This document shows, piece by piece, positions 54,156 through 63,543 of a DNA stretch of 64,000 nt. The first letter of the stretch is position 1. Each line of letters opens with the position of its first letter. Location: IMG/VR virus record IMGVR_UViG_3300043399_000877, positions 310,001 through 374,000 of that record; one strand, 5' to 3'. The notes under the pieces were generated by a model that saw nothing but the letters and a program-made list of their open reading frames with translations, searched no databases and was not told where the DNA came from. The translations under genes and the position numbers were made by a program.

Positions 54156-55052
54156 TCAATCCCTCGTTAGGTCATCAGCCAAGTTTATTATTTTATCCAG
54201 CGCATACAATTGATCCCGCCAACCGGATCGTATCCCGCTGAGTCCATAGTATGCACCGGCAATCTGCCCGGTTACTGCTGCAACAGTGTCGGTATCATCT
54301 CCGAGGTTTGTGGCTAGCAACACGGCTTCATCAAAACTATCGGTATTATAAAAACACCAAATAGCTGCTTCCAACGTATCAATTACATATCCGCTGCTGC
54401 GAATATCGTTGCGCTTTCTTGACCACAGGTCCCGGTTGGTCATTTGCTTGACCTCGTCAGCCCAGTGTTCTGCGGGCTTGACAGCTAGTGCCGCCTCCTT
54501 GCTAGTAGCGTGTAGGGCGCGATGCAAGATGCTTGCTAGAAGCTCGCAGCTATGCACGGCAAGGCTGTATGCATGGGTTGTTTTGCTCTGCGCCGCCGCA
54601 ATGCTCACAGCCAAATCTGGATCCTCGTGGTAATACAAAACCACCGGCGCCAGTCGCATTATACTGCCGTTTCCGCTGTAATTTCTACTTGCATTGTTTT
54701 CAACAGCACCACGTTCTATAAAGTTTTCCAGAGCGTTAACAGTGGTCATCCCGATATCAAAACATACACCGGTACTGCTGTTGTGTCCACGAAGATACCA
54801 GTTTGTAAAACGATTTAATAGATCAACCGGTTGTAGACCGTCGCAGTCTCTCAAACTTTCGGCAAGGCAAAGAGCCATGCTGGTATCATCGGTCCAGTAT
54901 CCCACTGGCAAGTTGAACGGTCCGCCGCCCAGCATATCTGTAACCGGAGGATAACTGTCTCTCTTTTTAAATTCAACTGCGGCGCCCACAGCATCACCTA
55001 CTGCAAGTCCCACAAGCATTCCACGAAGTCGATCTTTTAATTTTTCGTCCAT
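54156..55052 (-). CDS. ADP-ribosylglycohydrolase (DraG/ARH family)
   Basis: GLAVGDAVG, WTDDTSM, GNGSIMR, NLGDDTDT. Confidence 0.93.
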   Translation of the reverse strand: MDEKLKDRLRGMLVGLAVGDAVGAAVEFKKRDSYPPVTDMLGGGPFNLPVGYWTDDTSMALCLAESLRDCDGLQPVDLLNRFTNWYLRGHNSSTGVCFDIGMTTVNALENFIERGAVENNASRNYSGNGSIMRLAPVVLYYHEDPDLAVSIAAAQSKTTHAYSLAVHSCELLASILHRALHATSKEAALAVKPAEHWADEVKQMTNRDLWSRKRNDIRSSGYVIDTLEAAIWCFYNTDSFDEAVLLATNLGDDTDTVAAVTGQIAGAYYGLSGIRSGWRDQLYALDKIINLADDLTRD

Positions 55053-55120
55053 TAAGGTACCTCTTGTGTTTAAGTTAGCAAAATTTGTTCAGTTGTCAAG
55101 CACAAAATTATAAATATGTT

Positions 55121-55765
55121 ATGAGACTTAGACATTTATTTGAGGGACCAAACGACCCACATATTTTTAAGGCAGTATTCCTGGCCGGTGCAGCCGGATC
55201 CGGCAAATCAACCATTGCTCGTAAATTGTTCGGCGGTACTGGATTGCGGTTTGTTGATATGGACAATTTTAGTAGAATGTATCGAAAAACTGGAAAAACT
55301 GGTGTTAGTAGAAAAGAGTTGCGATATCATACCCGCAAGCATCGTGAAGGACTCATGGACGGCAGAATCGGAATGGTTATTGACGGAACTGGAAGAAATC
55401 CACAGGACATAGTTGACGTACGGGAACAATTGGAAGAGCTCGGTTATGATACTATGATGTTGTTTGTAAATGTGGATCTTGAAACAAGTCTTAGTAGGAC
55501 TGCAAAACGTGCCGTGACTCCCGGTCCAGATTTTGGAAGAATTATACCACCGGATCATGTAGAAGATATGTGGTATGAAGTAAAATACGGGGCGCGTGAT
55601 CTAAAGTTGGAATTTGGGTCTGACTTTATAATGGTTGACAACAATGGCGACGGACTACCGGATCTTTCCGAGGTTCAAAAACAGTTTAACCGATGGCTAT
55701 CTGCGCCACCGGCATCGCCAGCAGCGCAGGATTGGTTGTCTAATTTTCAAAATCAGCGAAGCTGA
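55121..55765 (+). CDS. Zeta-toxin/AAA_33-like P-loop kinase
   Basis: GAAGSGKS, VIDGTG; TATAAATATGTT-ATG start MRLRHLFEG. Confidence 0.8.
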   Translation: MRLRHLFEGPNDPHIFKAVFLAGAAGSGKSTIARKLFGGTGLRFVDMDNFSRMYRKTGKTGVSRKELRYHTRKHREGLMDGRIGMVIDGTGRNPQDIVDVREQLEELGYDTMMLFVNVDLETSLSRTAKRAVTPGPDFGRIIPPDHVEDMWYEVKYGARDLKLEFGSDFIMVDNNGDGLPDLSEVQKQFNRWLSAPPASPAAQDWLSNFQNQRS

Positions 55766-56298
55766 ATTGCTTCTTCTTGTCCGGTTCTGAAAGCATCTTC
55801 GGTTCTGGCGTTGGTGACAATTCCAAACTCGTCAAGGTCAATTCTGGGATATCCGGCAACTCCCATCCAGGTACCTTGCCAGAAGCTACCCAGTGCAGTT
55901 TCATAGACACGCTTCTGATCCAGCAGCCTGGTTTGTGCAGTCTGGAAGTCCTGACGACCGGCAACAATAATGCGTTGCAGTTCGACATACACAGTGCTGT
56001 CAATCGTGGGATTCTGTTCCTGAATCCACTGGAACATGGCTTGCGACCCCTCGTTCCCGTATCGTGCATCCAGCGCCGCAGTAACAACCGCGGTCAGGTC
56101 GTCACGCTGCATCGCCGGAACCTGTGCCGCTTCTGCGATACGATTCGAATATTGTGCGAGCACGTTTTGGTTGTCTTCGTAGGTAGCTTGGATTTGCTGT
56201 TCAAGACGATTGGCGGTGTTATACGCACTGATGTAGCTGATAGCAACAGTGCCAACGATACCACCCAGAATCACAGCAGTAACAATAAGTGCCTTCAT
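55753..56298 (-). CDS. LemA-like membrane-anchored protein
   Basis: N-terminal TM; WIQEQNP; helical. Confidence 0.6.
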   Translation of the reverse strand: MKALIVTAVILGGIVGTVAISYISAYNTANRLEQQIQATYEDNQNVLAQYSNRIAEAAQVPAMQRDDLTAVVTAALDARYGNEGSQAMFQWIQEQNPTIDSTVYVELQRIIVAGRQDFQTAQTRLLDQKRVYETALGSFWQGTWMGVAGYPRIDLDEFGIVTNARTEDAFRTGQEEAIQLR

Positions 56299-56311
56299 TT
56301 TTTCCTCTCGG

Positions 56312-57421
56312 TTAAGCTACATCGTTGCGATGTAGGTAGTAGGTTACAAACGGACTGACAATCAACAGTAGAATACCAGCCACAATTATTGCCCAAGTGG
56401 GCGGAGTCATTTCATCAGCAAGATACTCAAACTCTTTCATGTCTTGTAGGGTATAGTGCCGTTCAACGCTGTCCTGTATAATAGCGTTGATTGCAGCATT
56501 GTCAAGGGTCCCCAACTCAAGAATACGATTCTTTATTTCAAGTTCAACACGGCTGGTTGCACTCCAACTACGAACGTCCACCCAAGCCACACGGTCAGCG
56601 GACATACCGATTGACACGACAACATCGTTGATATTGTGGCTTTCCCAGGCACGGGCTAGTTCAGTTGCAAAAGTCTCGTCGCTACCGGTAACCACAACAA
56701 TAACGTTCGCGCCAGTTTTTCTGATGTCTGCGTTAAGTTGTGCAAGTTGCTGGTTCCATTCCCGCTGAACGTCTTCTGAGATACTGTATTGATCAACAAT
56801 GAGACGATTTGCATAGTAGTAATCTTGGACCCACGGATAGGGAATTGGAACCACGCCAGTTGGGTCACCATCGTTAAACAGGCTCGCGCTGGCTCCACGA
56901 ATATAATTGGTATAGCTGCGGCTAACAGTTACCGGATCACCTAACCGCACTTGGCTGAAACGTTCCGGAGTATTCACACCTTGACGATCTACACGATCAA
57001 TTTCAAAGTTTTGCGGGACATCGCTAATCACAAAATATCTGCGTTCCCAGGGAAAAATATAGCGATATTCTGTATCGTAGATCGGTGTACATGTCCGTGT
57101 ACCGTTGCTACTTGTGCTGCAACTTTCACCACGTTTGACTGTCCGGGTAGTATATTCCGTGCAAAAGTCGTCACGGAAGTCTCGCCAACCCACCGGACAT
57201 GATTGCTGGATAGGACGCAAATCAGTAACCACACCGTTCACCAGTTGGGTGTCCGTGGTTATACTATACCCTGCTGTTTGAAACAGCACAAAAATCACTG
57301 CCAGCGTTCCCACTGCCTGGATGGCAAATTCCCGCCAGGTAATGGTGTAATTGAAGTAAACTTTTGCAATACCCATGGCAACCAGTGCCGGGATAAAATA
57401 CAGCAGGGCATAGTAGGTCAT
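56312..57421 (-). CDS. Membrane protein with periplasmic domain
   Basis: Two N-terminal and one C-terminal TM; paired with LemA-like gene. Confidence 0.65.
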   Translation of the reverse strand: MTYYALLYFIPALVAMGIAKVYFNYTITWREFAIQAVGTLAVIFVLFQTAGYSITTDTQLVNGVVTDLRPIQQSCPVGWRDFRDDFCTEYTTRTVKRGESCSTSSNGTRTCTPIYDTEYRYIFPWERRYFVISDVPQNFEIDRVDRQGVNTPERFSQVRLGDPVTVSRSYTNYIRGASASLFNDGDPTGVVPIPYPWVQDYYYANRLIVDQYSISEDVQREWNQQLAQLNADIRKTGANVIVVVTGSDETFATELARAWESHNINDVVVSIGMSADRVAWVDVRSWSATSRVELEIKNRILELGTLDNAAINAIIQDSVERHYTLQDMKEFEYLADEMTPPTWAIIVAGILLLIVSPFVTYYLHRNDVA

Positions 57422-57423
57422 CT

Positions 57424-57885
57424 TCAGATCCCGTAGAGTTCGGTTACAATTTCACCAGCGCGGCGCATGTCAACACGGGCACCATACTCGTCACGAATGA
57501 CCTTCATAGCGATGCCTTTGTTCTTGGGCTTTTCATCTCCGATGACAGTCCGCAGCAGATCGCGTACTTCAGCGTCGCTAGCCATTTGCGGCAGGAAACT
57601 TTCCAGGATCTGTCGCTCACGAGCAAGGTCCTCGGCAACCGCAGACCCGGCATCCACCAGCTTCTGGTTTTGGTCGATCGTAGCGATGATTTTCTGGATC
57701 GTCTTGATCGCCTCGTCTTCGGTAGTAGCACGATTACCGTCGTTTTTGCCCACCTTGTCGATCTCGCTGATTGCAAAGGTCAGCTTAACAGCCAGCGGAT
57801 CACGGTCTTTACGCATTTGCAGTGCAGCGCGGCGGATTTGATCAGTTACAGACATTCTAAACTCCTGTCCTGTGTTTGTTTGCAT
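57424..57885 (-). CDS. GatB/YqeY-domain protein
   Basis: ERQILESFLPQM, MKVIRDEYGARVD. Confidence 0.8.
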   Translation of the reverse strand: MQTNTGQEFRMSVTDQIRRAALQMRKDRDPLAVKLTFAISEIDKVGKNDGNRATTEDEAIKTIQKIIATIDQNQKLVDAGSAVAEDLARERQILESFLPQMASDAEVRDLLRTVIGDEKPKNKGIAMKVIRDEYGARVDMRRAGEIVTELYGI

Positions 57886-57914
57886 ACTATACTAGGCCGC
57901 AGGCCCTGTGTCAA
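57886..57914 (-). promoter_or_regulatory. Sigma70-type promoter
   Basis: TTGACA-17-TATAGT. Confidence 0.75.
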
Positions 57915-57927
57915 GCAACTGTTTCAG

Positions 57928-58245
57928 TTAAGTATAATCCCAGTTGTTGGGCTGATCGGGATCGTAAACTTCCCAGGTGCCCTTTTCGTAATCCCAGTGT
58001 CGGTGATCATACAACTTTATGTTAAGTTGATACTTTCCAATACCAATTTCCAAACTGGGGCCAGCATGGTCCTCGCCACGCCAGCTGAGATCCAGGTTTA
58101 GTTCAAAAAGGTCGTAGAAGCTGTCGCGAAAGAGCTGTATTTCAAAACTTTTGTTTTTGCTAACTTGCCAATGACGATAAAAGTAGTCACGGTGCGGCAA
58201 GTCTCGACCCCACGGATTTCGGATACGGAAACTGAATCTAATCAT
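57928..58245 (-). CDS. Hypothetical protein
   Basis: DHAG...YDHRHWD. Confidence 0.65.
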   Translation of the reverse strand: MIRFSFRIRNPWGRDLPHRDYFYRHWQVSKNKSFEIQLFRDSFYDLFELNLDLSWRGEDHAGPSLEIGIGKYQLNIKLYDHRHWDYEKGTWEVYDPDQPNNWDYT

Positions 58246-58451
58246 CGCATGTACACCGGATCATCGATACGCTTGGTGCTAAATCCGTTCTTAACTAGAA
58301 CATCCAGCACATCTTCGCGATTGCATACAGTGGAAAACACTGTAGTATGCACTCCCCATTTAGTTGAACGATCTGTAATTCTAGTGTCATCGATGTAGAT
58401 GGCACCTTTGTCTGTCACTTCAAGTAAAACTTTCTTCATTCTTTTGTCCAC
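58242..58451 (-). CDS. Hypothetical protein
   Basis: ORF in operon. Confidence 0.55.
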   Translation of the reverse strand: MDKRMKKVLLEVTDKGAIYIDDTRITDRSTKWGVHTTVFSTVCNREDVLDVLVKNGFSTKRIDDPVYMR

Positions 58452-58645
58452 CTAATTTTAGCCATAATCGATTCGTGCCACTCAAGATGTTCGTCGTACC
58501 AGGCAGCGCGGCCACCGCCGTCTTGATAATCTTCCACCATTGCTTCCAACTTTTTTGCGAGCATCTTACGCTTATACTCGGATAAGATTTCCGCTACATG
58601 GTCTGCCGCAAAGTCGTCAAGATTAGGGATAGTTAGAGTGTGCAT
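58436..58645 (-). CDS. Hypothetical protein
   Basis: ORF in operon. Confidence 0.55.
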   Translation of the reverse strand: MHTLTIPNLDDFAADHVAEILSEYKRKMLAKKLEAMVEDYQDGGGRAAWYDEHLEWHESIMAKIRWTKE

Positions 58646-58648
58646 GGC

Positions 58649-58846
58649 TTATCCTAAATTAAAGATTTTATCAGCGATAACACACATCACAAGCACCAGC
58701 GCACTTGCAACAAGGATTCGCAATCCAATATCAAATCCAAAAAACAAGATTCCAATTGCTGTCCCTAAAAACACGCTGGCAAAACTACCGAGCCCCAGTA
58801 TTGCTATGATTAGCTGCATTAGAAGTCCGCCCCGCTCTGGTTGCAA
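58649..58846 (-). CDS. Small membrane protein
   Basis: Two TM helices. Confidence 0.55.
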   Translation of the reverse strand: MQPERGGLLMQLIIAILGLGSFASVFLGTAIGILFFGFDIGLRILVASALVLVMCVIADKIFNLG

Positions 58847-59265
58847 TCAAATACCCAAATTCCGGCATCACGCCACATACGAACAACACGCGGGCGATCG
58901 TCAAAAACCATGTCCGGCTTTTGTCCATAGTCAGCGATGATTTGCTCTAGCATTTCACCTTTGACAATGTCGTCGGCGCGATAGTCACCGTCCGCCCGCA
59001 TGTAAATTTTCAAGTAGCCACGAAGGCGGTTGTTGGCCAGCCAGGTTTCAGTAGCTACACGGCTGGCTTCATTCCTGCCAGTGGCCAAAATAACAGCATG
59101 ACCAGCATCAGTCATTTGACGGAACACTTCCGCAGTAGACTGGATTAAGGTATCATGCGGAATACCAGCGTCAAAAGCCGCCCAATTTTTGGGCTTTGTG
59201 CGAACATAATGCAGCCGGTGCCGACAGTCTGCGAGAGTTCCGTCGATGTCAAAACAAATTAGCAT
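58819..59265 (-). CDS. PNKP-type HAD 3'-phosphatase (PseT C-terminal-like)
   Basis: FDIDGTL, TGR, MR..GD.R.D..VK, FDDR. Confidence 0.88.
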   Translation of the reverse strand: MLICFDIDGTLADCRHRLHYVRTKPKNWAAFDAGIPHDTLIQSTAEVFRQMTDAGHAVILATGRNEASRVATETWLANNRLRGYLKIYMRADGDYRADDIVKGEMLEQIIADYGQKPDMVFDDRPRVVRMWRDAGIWVFDCNQSGADF

Positions 59266-59354
59266 TATTTTTTTCGCCTCTTTCCAATCTTAACGGCGCT
59301 CCTGGCCATCGCTTTAACTTTTGCTGGCCCTCTGGGCTTACGTGGCTTGCGCAT
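59265..59354 (-). CDS. 29-aa highly basic peptide
   Basis: Hand-translated MRKPRKPRGPAKVKAMARSAVKIGKRRKK; SD AGGAG; promoter 59378-59406. Confidence 0.55.
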   Translation of the reverse strand: MRKPRKPRGPAKVKAMARSAVKIGKRRKK

Positions 59355-59377
59355 CTACATTCTCCTATGCTATGCGC

Positions 59378-59406
59378 TATCTAGCATACACTCATAGGGC
59401 AGTCAA
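59378..59406 (-). promoter_or_regulatory. Sigma70-type promoter
   Basis: TTGACT-17-TAGATA (TGCTA context). Confidence 0.5.
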
Positions 59407-59418
59407 CGCCAAGTTTGA

Positions 59419-59619
59419 TTACTTGGCGCGTTTCTTGATGCTCAGGTAAAACTCAATGGTTTTACAATCTTCTTCATCCAACTTAACTTTTGGCAACAAC
59501 AACAATTTGTCTGAAAGTCTGGCAAGTTTGTTGCTTTCTGCATCGTTAGGCCAGGTACGGGCCACTGCGCTTATGTTCCTGCTGATTTTTGCTATTTCGG
59601 CTATGTTTATGTTTCTCAT
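59419..59619 (-). CDS. Hypothetical protein
   Basis: ORF with SD. Confidence 0.55.
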   Translation of the reverse strand: MRNINIAEIAKISRNISAVARTWPNDAESNKLARLSDKLLLLPKVKLDEEDCKTIEFYLSIKKRAK

Positions 59620-59625
59620 TTTTTC

Positions 59626-60009
59626 CTATTTGTGCAAATCGTACTGGCGCATGTATTCCAGTTCGGCGTCCTCCCAGACAAAAGCCCACATGCAAGTTAC
59701 TTCATTCGAAGTAAAAATTTTCCCATACCAGTTGCGCCACGGATACGTGGGATCAACAGTAAGATCACTGTGTTTGATTTGAGTGCGAATGTCGTGCATT
59801 TGATTCAGTGTAGTGCTGAGAACCAGCGTAACACCAAAATTCCGATCTTCGCACCAATTCACGTATGCAGCGCGGAATTCATCTTGATTCATGAAATTTT
59901 TTGCATAAGCATCAAAGTCAGCCTGTGCATGTGCAGCCTGAGCCATGCCCTTGCCGGGATTCATGTCCTGCAGGTCTTCCCTCATGATAATATACAGTCT
60001 CGGTTCCAT
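59626..60009 (-). CDS. Second Pth2-like protein
   Basis: LYIIMREDLQDMNPGKGMAQAAHA. Confidence 0.75.
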   Translation of the reverse strand: MEPRLYIIMREDLQDMNPGKGMAQAAHAQADFDAYAKNFMNQDEFRAAYVNWCEDRNFGVTLVLSTTLNQMHDIRTQIKHSDLTVDPTYPWRNWYGKIFTSNEVTCMWAFVWEDAELEYMRQYDLHK

Positions 60010-60019
60010 GCCGTTCCTT

Positions 60020-60355
60020 TCAGCTATAGTGTGTAAGCGTCATTAGACGAAAACGGTCTTCCAACAGGTGAGTAAAGTCCGGAAACCACCGCGCAAAATC
60101 CATGCGATATTCGCGTTCAATTTCCGGAAGTTCTTCAGGAAGAATTTCTTTACGGCAGTCACCATCACCGTCGTCCCAACGGAAATTTGGGCTACTGAAA
60201 AGGATCCTACCTAGGATAATGTATTTGCCACCCATACCGTCGATAATCATATCTGCGGTACAGTCGTTGTAGATGTCATCATAGTGATCCATCAATTCTT
60301 CGTTCATTGGAATTTGGACACCGTAAACGGTATACACATGAACGTCAATTCCCAT
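60020..60355 (-). CDS. Hypothetical protein
   Basis: DGMGGKYIILG. Confidence 0.6.
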   Translation of the reverse strand: MGIDVHVYTVYGVQIPMNEELMDHYDDIYNDCTADMIIDGMGGKYIILGRILFSSPNFRWDDGDGDCRKEILPEELPEIEREYRMDFARWFPDFTHLLEDRFRLMTLTHYS

Positions 60356-60699
60356 CAGCTTTTCTCCACACAGGTTATGAATCCCAAACGAGATTCCGGT
60401 TGTCTTAATCCAGCACGTATCAGCATCTCACCCTGATCGTTGTATCGGACCAGCCAATACGGATATTGGGTGTTGTGCAATTTAAACGCAGTCAAACGAC
60501 CCAGCATGTTTGCCGGATACTCGTAGTGTGCATATTGATCTGCAAGGTATTGTTTGCCCTTGAGAGCAAAATATGTGCTACGGCGTTCGAAATAGTCTCG
60601 GTTGAGCGGAGTAAAACTTATGCGCTCGTAACTTTGGATAAACTTTTTTGACAGTTTATCCATGTCTAATTCTCTGATGATTATTCTACGTTTGGCCAT
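60355..60699 (-). CDS. Hypothetical protein
   Basis: ORF in operon. Confidence 0.55.
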   Translation of the reverse strand: MAKRRIIIRELDMDKLSKKFIQSYERISFTPLNRDYFERRSTYFALKGKQYLADQYAHYEYPANMLGRLTAFKLHNTQYPYWLVRYNDQGEMLIRAGLRQPESRLGFITCVEKS

Positions 60700-61332
60700 T
60701 TAAATCTCCACATCAATGTAGTCAAGCTCAGCCAAGCACTGAAATACTGTTCCTTCAATCTTCTCACGGCTCGTGTAGTGCCAGTGACCGAAGTACCACT
60801 GCTCAGGCTGATGCTGCTCAAACATATATTGCAGCATTTCTCCCGTGCGTGTCAAGTACAATTTTGGCTGGCCGCCCCAAACACGTTTGCCGGTACGGAT
60901 GAACATGCGATAGGCAGTGAGTGTTGGGCAGTCATGAGTGATCATAACTCTCGGACGGACCGTTAGGTATGTATCAAGTACACGCTCAAATTCAGAAGAA
61001 CTAAGTTGCTCAGTCTGCCACCAGTCGTATCCGGGAGTACGATAATCAGCATCGATACTCCAGGCACCGCCCACAAACATCACATCATTCTCTACTGTAC
61101 CGTCTGCTATCCAAGAAAGCATTTTAGGACACTGATTGGGATTATCGTGATTACCACGAATAAATCTGTGGCCAGTTCCACCAATAGTGTCGTTTACACG
61201 ATCGTGCCAATAATCACCTTGTCCCATACCGACGCCGAAATCGCCCAGCTGAATACTACGATCGCAGTCGGCGATTACAGTTTGATAGTCGTTCCAGAGA
61301 CCGTGGACGTCTCCGATTATTCTTGTTAACAT
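60700..61332 (-). CDS. Calcineurin-like metallophosphoesterase
   Basis: GDVHG, GDFG, GNHD, THDCP, GHWH. Confidence 0.9.
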   Translation of the reverse strand: MLTRIIGDVHGLWNDYQTVIADCDRSIQLGDFGVGMGQGDYWHDRVNDTIGGTGHRFIRGNHDNPNQCPKMLSWIADGTVENDVMFVGGAWSIDADYRTPGYDWWQTEQLSSSEFERVLDTYLTVRPRVMITHDCPTLTAYRMFIRTGKRVWGGQPKLYLTRTGEMLQYMFEQHQPEQWYFGHWHYTSREKIEGTVFQCLAELDYIDVEI

Positions 61333-61340
61333 TGTTTTCC

Positions 61341-61727
61341 TTACTGTAGAGCTCTTAACAGGTACTCTACCGCTGTTATTACATTGCCCTGCGTTAAAGG
61401 CAGTGCAGTTCTACCTTTACACTTAGGGCATTCTGCGGGTTTGTCAAGTTTAATGTGATAAAAATTAACTTCTTTTTCACCAGTGAATGTGCTGACGTAT
61501 TCTTTTCGTTCCAGTGTACATTCAATTTTATCGCACCATCCACAACTGGGGCAAAAATGCGTGGTTCTTCTTGTAACAAAACTGGTTTTTACGTCGTTGC
61601 CCATCTTCGTTTCCAAAACAGATTTTTGAGTATCACTCTCAGTGGGGGGTTCTCCAGACACTGTTTTTTCACCAAAAGTGGAGAGTACGGAGGAGAGTAA
61701 TTTTCCAAAAGATCCTGCATTTTTCAT
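61341..61727 (-). CDS. Zn-ribbon hypothetical protein
   Basis: CPSC...CPKC. Confidence 0.6.
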   Translation of the reverse strand: MKNAGSFGKLLSSVLSTFGEKTVSGEPPTESDTQKSVLETKMGNDVKTSFVTRRTTHFCPSCGWCDKIECTLERKEYVSTFTGEKEVNFYHIKLDKPAECPKCKGRTALPLTQGNVITAVEYLLRALQ

Positions 61728-61729
61728 TG

Positions 61730-61972
61730 TTATGTGTTTGTTTGTTCTTTAAGTTTGCGGCAACATACCACTGGCATACCAACCACTTCAAGTTTTTCGT
61801 GATCGTATATATAGCCCGGTTTGTCGAGAATAACTAGGGCAATTGTTTTTGCGTAATCACCCCAGCCGCCGATCCGGCCTTGCATCCCATCCATACTGCT
61901 GGCAGTATGACAAAATTCAATGCGATCTCCGACTTTTGCCAGTTCCCCACGATCTCTGTCATATTTAAACAT
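61730..61972 (-). CDS. Hypothetical protein
   Basis: ORF coupled to RNA ligase. Confidence 0.55.
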   Translation of the reverse strand: MFKYDRDRGELAKVGDRIEFCHTASSMDGMQGRIGGWGDYAKTIALVILDKPGYIYDHEKLEVVGMPVVCCRKLKEQTNT

Positions 61973-63117
61973 TAGTTGCCTCCTTTGAGCAAAAACTCGT
62001 TGCTGATAGTTTTGAAGCTGAAGCTCGGGTCTTCGTTACACTTCCAGACAAGACCTTCGCGGACCTTGTGGTTGATGCTCGGACCTTCTGCAAGAACAAG
62101 ACCTTCTTCGACACTGACGGGTGCTTTCCAGTTAGTACCATGCAGCGGAACATGTTCAAGACCGATCATGTGGCAGACGCTGCGGCGTTCACCTGGAGCG
62201 AGGTATGTGTGCTTTGCAATATCAAAGATGTCGAACACAAAGAATCGATGTTCTTTGAAGCCTTCACGGTTACCTTGAATGCCCGGCCCCATGATTTCGC
62301 CCTGAAAAGCAAGACCATCCGGAATCCTATCGCCGATCTTCAGGGCCATAGCTACAAAGGTGTTGTCTTTGTTCTCTTCGTTGATCTTCAGTTCAAGGTT
62401 CCGGCTGCAAACACGAAGTTCGCCTTCCCAACGGAAGATCGTGCAGCTTGAGCCATCGAGCTTCATGGTGACTTCGTAAGTCGGCTCTTTGAAGTCTTCT
62501 GGCACGACGACCGGATGCTCTTCAAGAGTCTGAGTCTCGGCGTTCCAGACCTTCTCCGTAGCGAACCGCTTGGCCCGCTTTTGGATGTCGCCAAAGCAGT
62601 TCTGAATCCGCTCCTGATCGGTCTTGGGAATCAGCGAAGTCGGGAACGTGCCAGCAGCTTGACCTTGAAGCTGAGCAGGAATAGGTGCTTCCCACTTCTG
62701 GATGCCAAGAATTTCAGTAAGATCGGTATCTACTTCAAACAGTCTAACTGGTTCAAGATCACCAAACTGAACATAACCTCCGGGAAGGTATTGAATAAAC
62801 TGTTGTGGAAGTTCACGAACAGTTTCGTCAATCTTGAGTAGAAGCCCCTGCGAAACTTGTCCACGAAGCTTAATAGTCCGCAGACGTTCACCCTTGACAC
62901 CGTTGTATTCACGAGGTTCTTGACCTTTCGAGAGGAATGGAGCAAGTTCATGAGGAACCCATGAGTCAATTTCTAGGTAGAGAGCAAGATCACCAACCTT
63001 GAACTCATCTTTCTTGACGACGACTTTCCAGCCGTCAACAGTGGCAACCACGATGGCGTCGGCGCCTTCAATAGGTTGAATGTCGGCGATACGCCGAATA
63101 GTGGCAAGTTTACGCAT
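61972..63117 (-). CDS. RNA ligase, DRB0094/Rnl2-like family
   Basis: MRKLATI N-domain, LRGQVSQG, KLDGSS, QGEIMG, FDI, REGLVWK, FKTISNEFLL. Confidence 0.92.
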   Translation of the reverse strand: MRKLATIRRIADIQPIEGADAIVVATVDGWKVVVKKDEFKVGDLALYLEIDSWVPHELAPFLSKGQEPREYNGVKGERLRTIKLRGQVSQGLLLKIDETVRELPQQFIQYLPGGYVQFGDLEPVRLFEVDTDLTEILGIQKWEAPIPAQLQGQAAGTFPTSLIPKTDQERIQNCFGDIQKRAKRFATEKVWNAETQTLEEHPVVVPEDFKEPTYEVTMKLDGSSCTIFRWEGELRVCSRNLELKINEENKDNTFVAMALKIGDRIPDGLAFQGEIMGPGIQGNREGFKEHRFFVFDIFDIAKHTYLAPGERRSVCHMIGLEHVPLHGTNWKAPVSVEEGLVLAEGPSINHKVREGLVWKCNEDPSFSFKTISNEFLLKGGN

Positions 63118-63475
63118 ATTTGTTCCTTCCGATTCCGGCAATGTCGTTAAGCATTTTTTCCTGTTCAGCCCACTTGAGTTGTTGATCTACACGAATCTTC
63201 AAATAGTCACGAATCAGTTCTCTGTTATTCCAAATCCACTGTTCATAGCGAGCCAGCTTCTTGCAGCACTCTTCGCATTCTTCTACGAAAGTATGTCCTT
63301 CGACTTCAACATATCGAAACCAACGACTGCTTTCCCACTCTTCTTCATCGTAGTCTTCGGGTGGGTTCCAATCGATACCGCAGTCACAGTGTAACCATGC
63401 ACTGTACCCACCGCGGCCGGCATCCCACATCATATCGCTTGCAATCCCATCTCGGGGCATGGTATATTGTGTCAT
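63110..63475 (-). CDS. Hypothetical protein
   Basis: CDCG...CEECC. Confidence 0.6.
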   Translation of the reverse strand: MTQYTMPRDGIASDMMWDAGRGGYSAWLHCDCGIDWNPPEDYDEEEWESSRWFRYVEVEGHTFVEECEECCKKLARYEQWIWNNRELIRDYLKIRVDQQLKWAEQEKMLNDIAGIGRNKYA

Positions 63476-63495
63476 AGGCTTTCCTTGTTTAAGTT

Positions 63496-63524
63496 AACCT
63501 AGCAGATGCCGGCAGCGTTGTCAA
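63496..63524 (-). promoter_or_regulatory. Sigma70-type promoter
   Basis: TTGACA-17-TAGGTT (TGCTA context). Confidence 0.55.
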
Positions 63525-63543
63525 CAGTTAGATCGTTACTGCA

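Noticed and set aside
55121-55765. Zeta/epsilon toxin-antitoxin module
   Set aside because: No antitoxin neighbour; late-promoter context; substrate cannot be inferred.
58-63394. Numerous plus-strand ORFs in the track (e.g. 39196-39816, 48325-48915, 55777-56358)
   Set aside because: Antisense shadows of well-supported minus-strand genes; only phoH, 27087 and 55121 look real on the plus strand.
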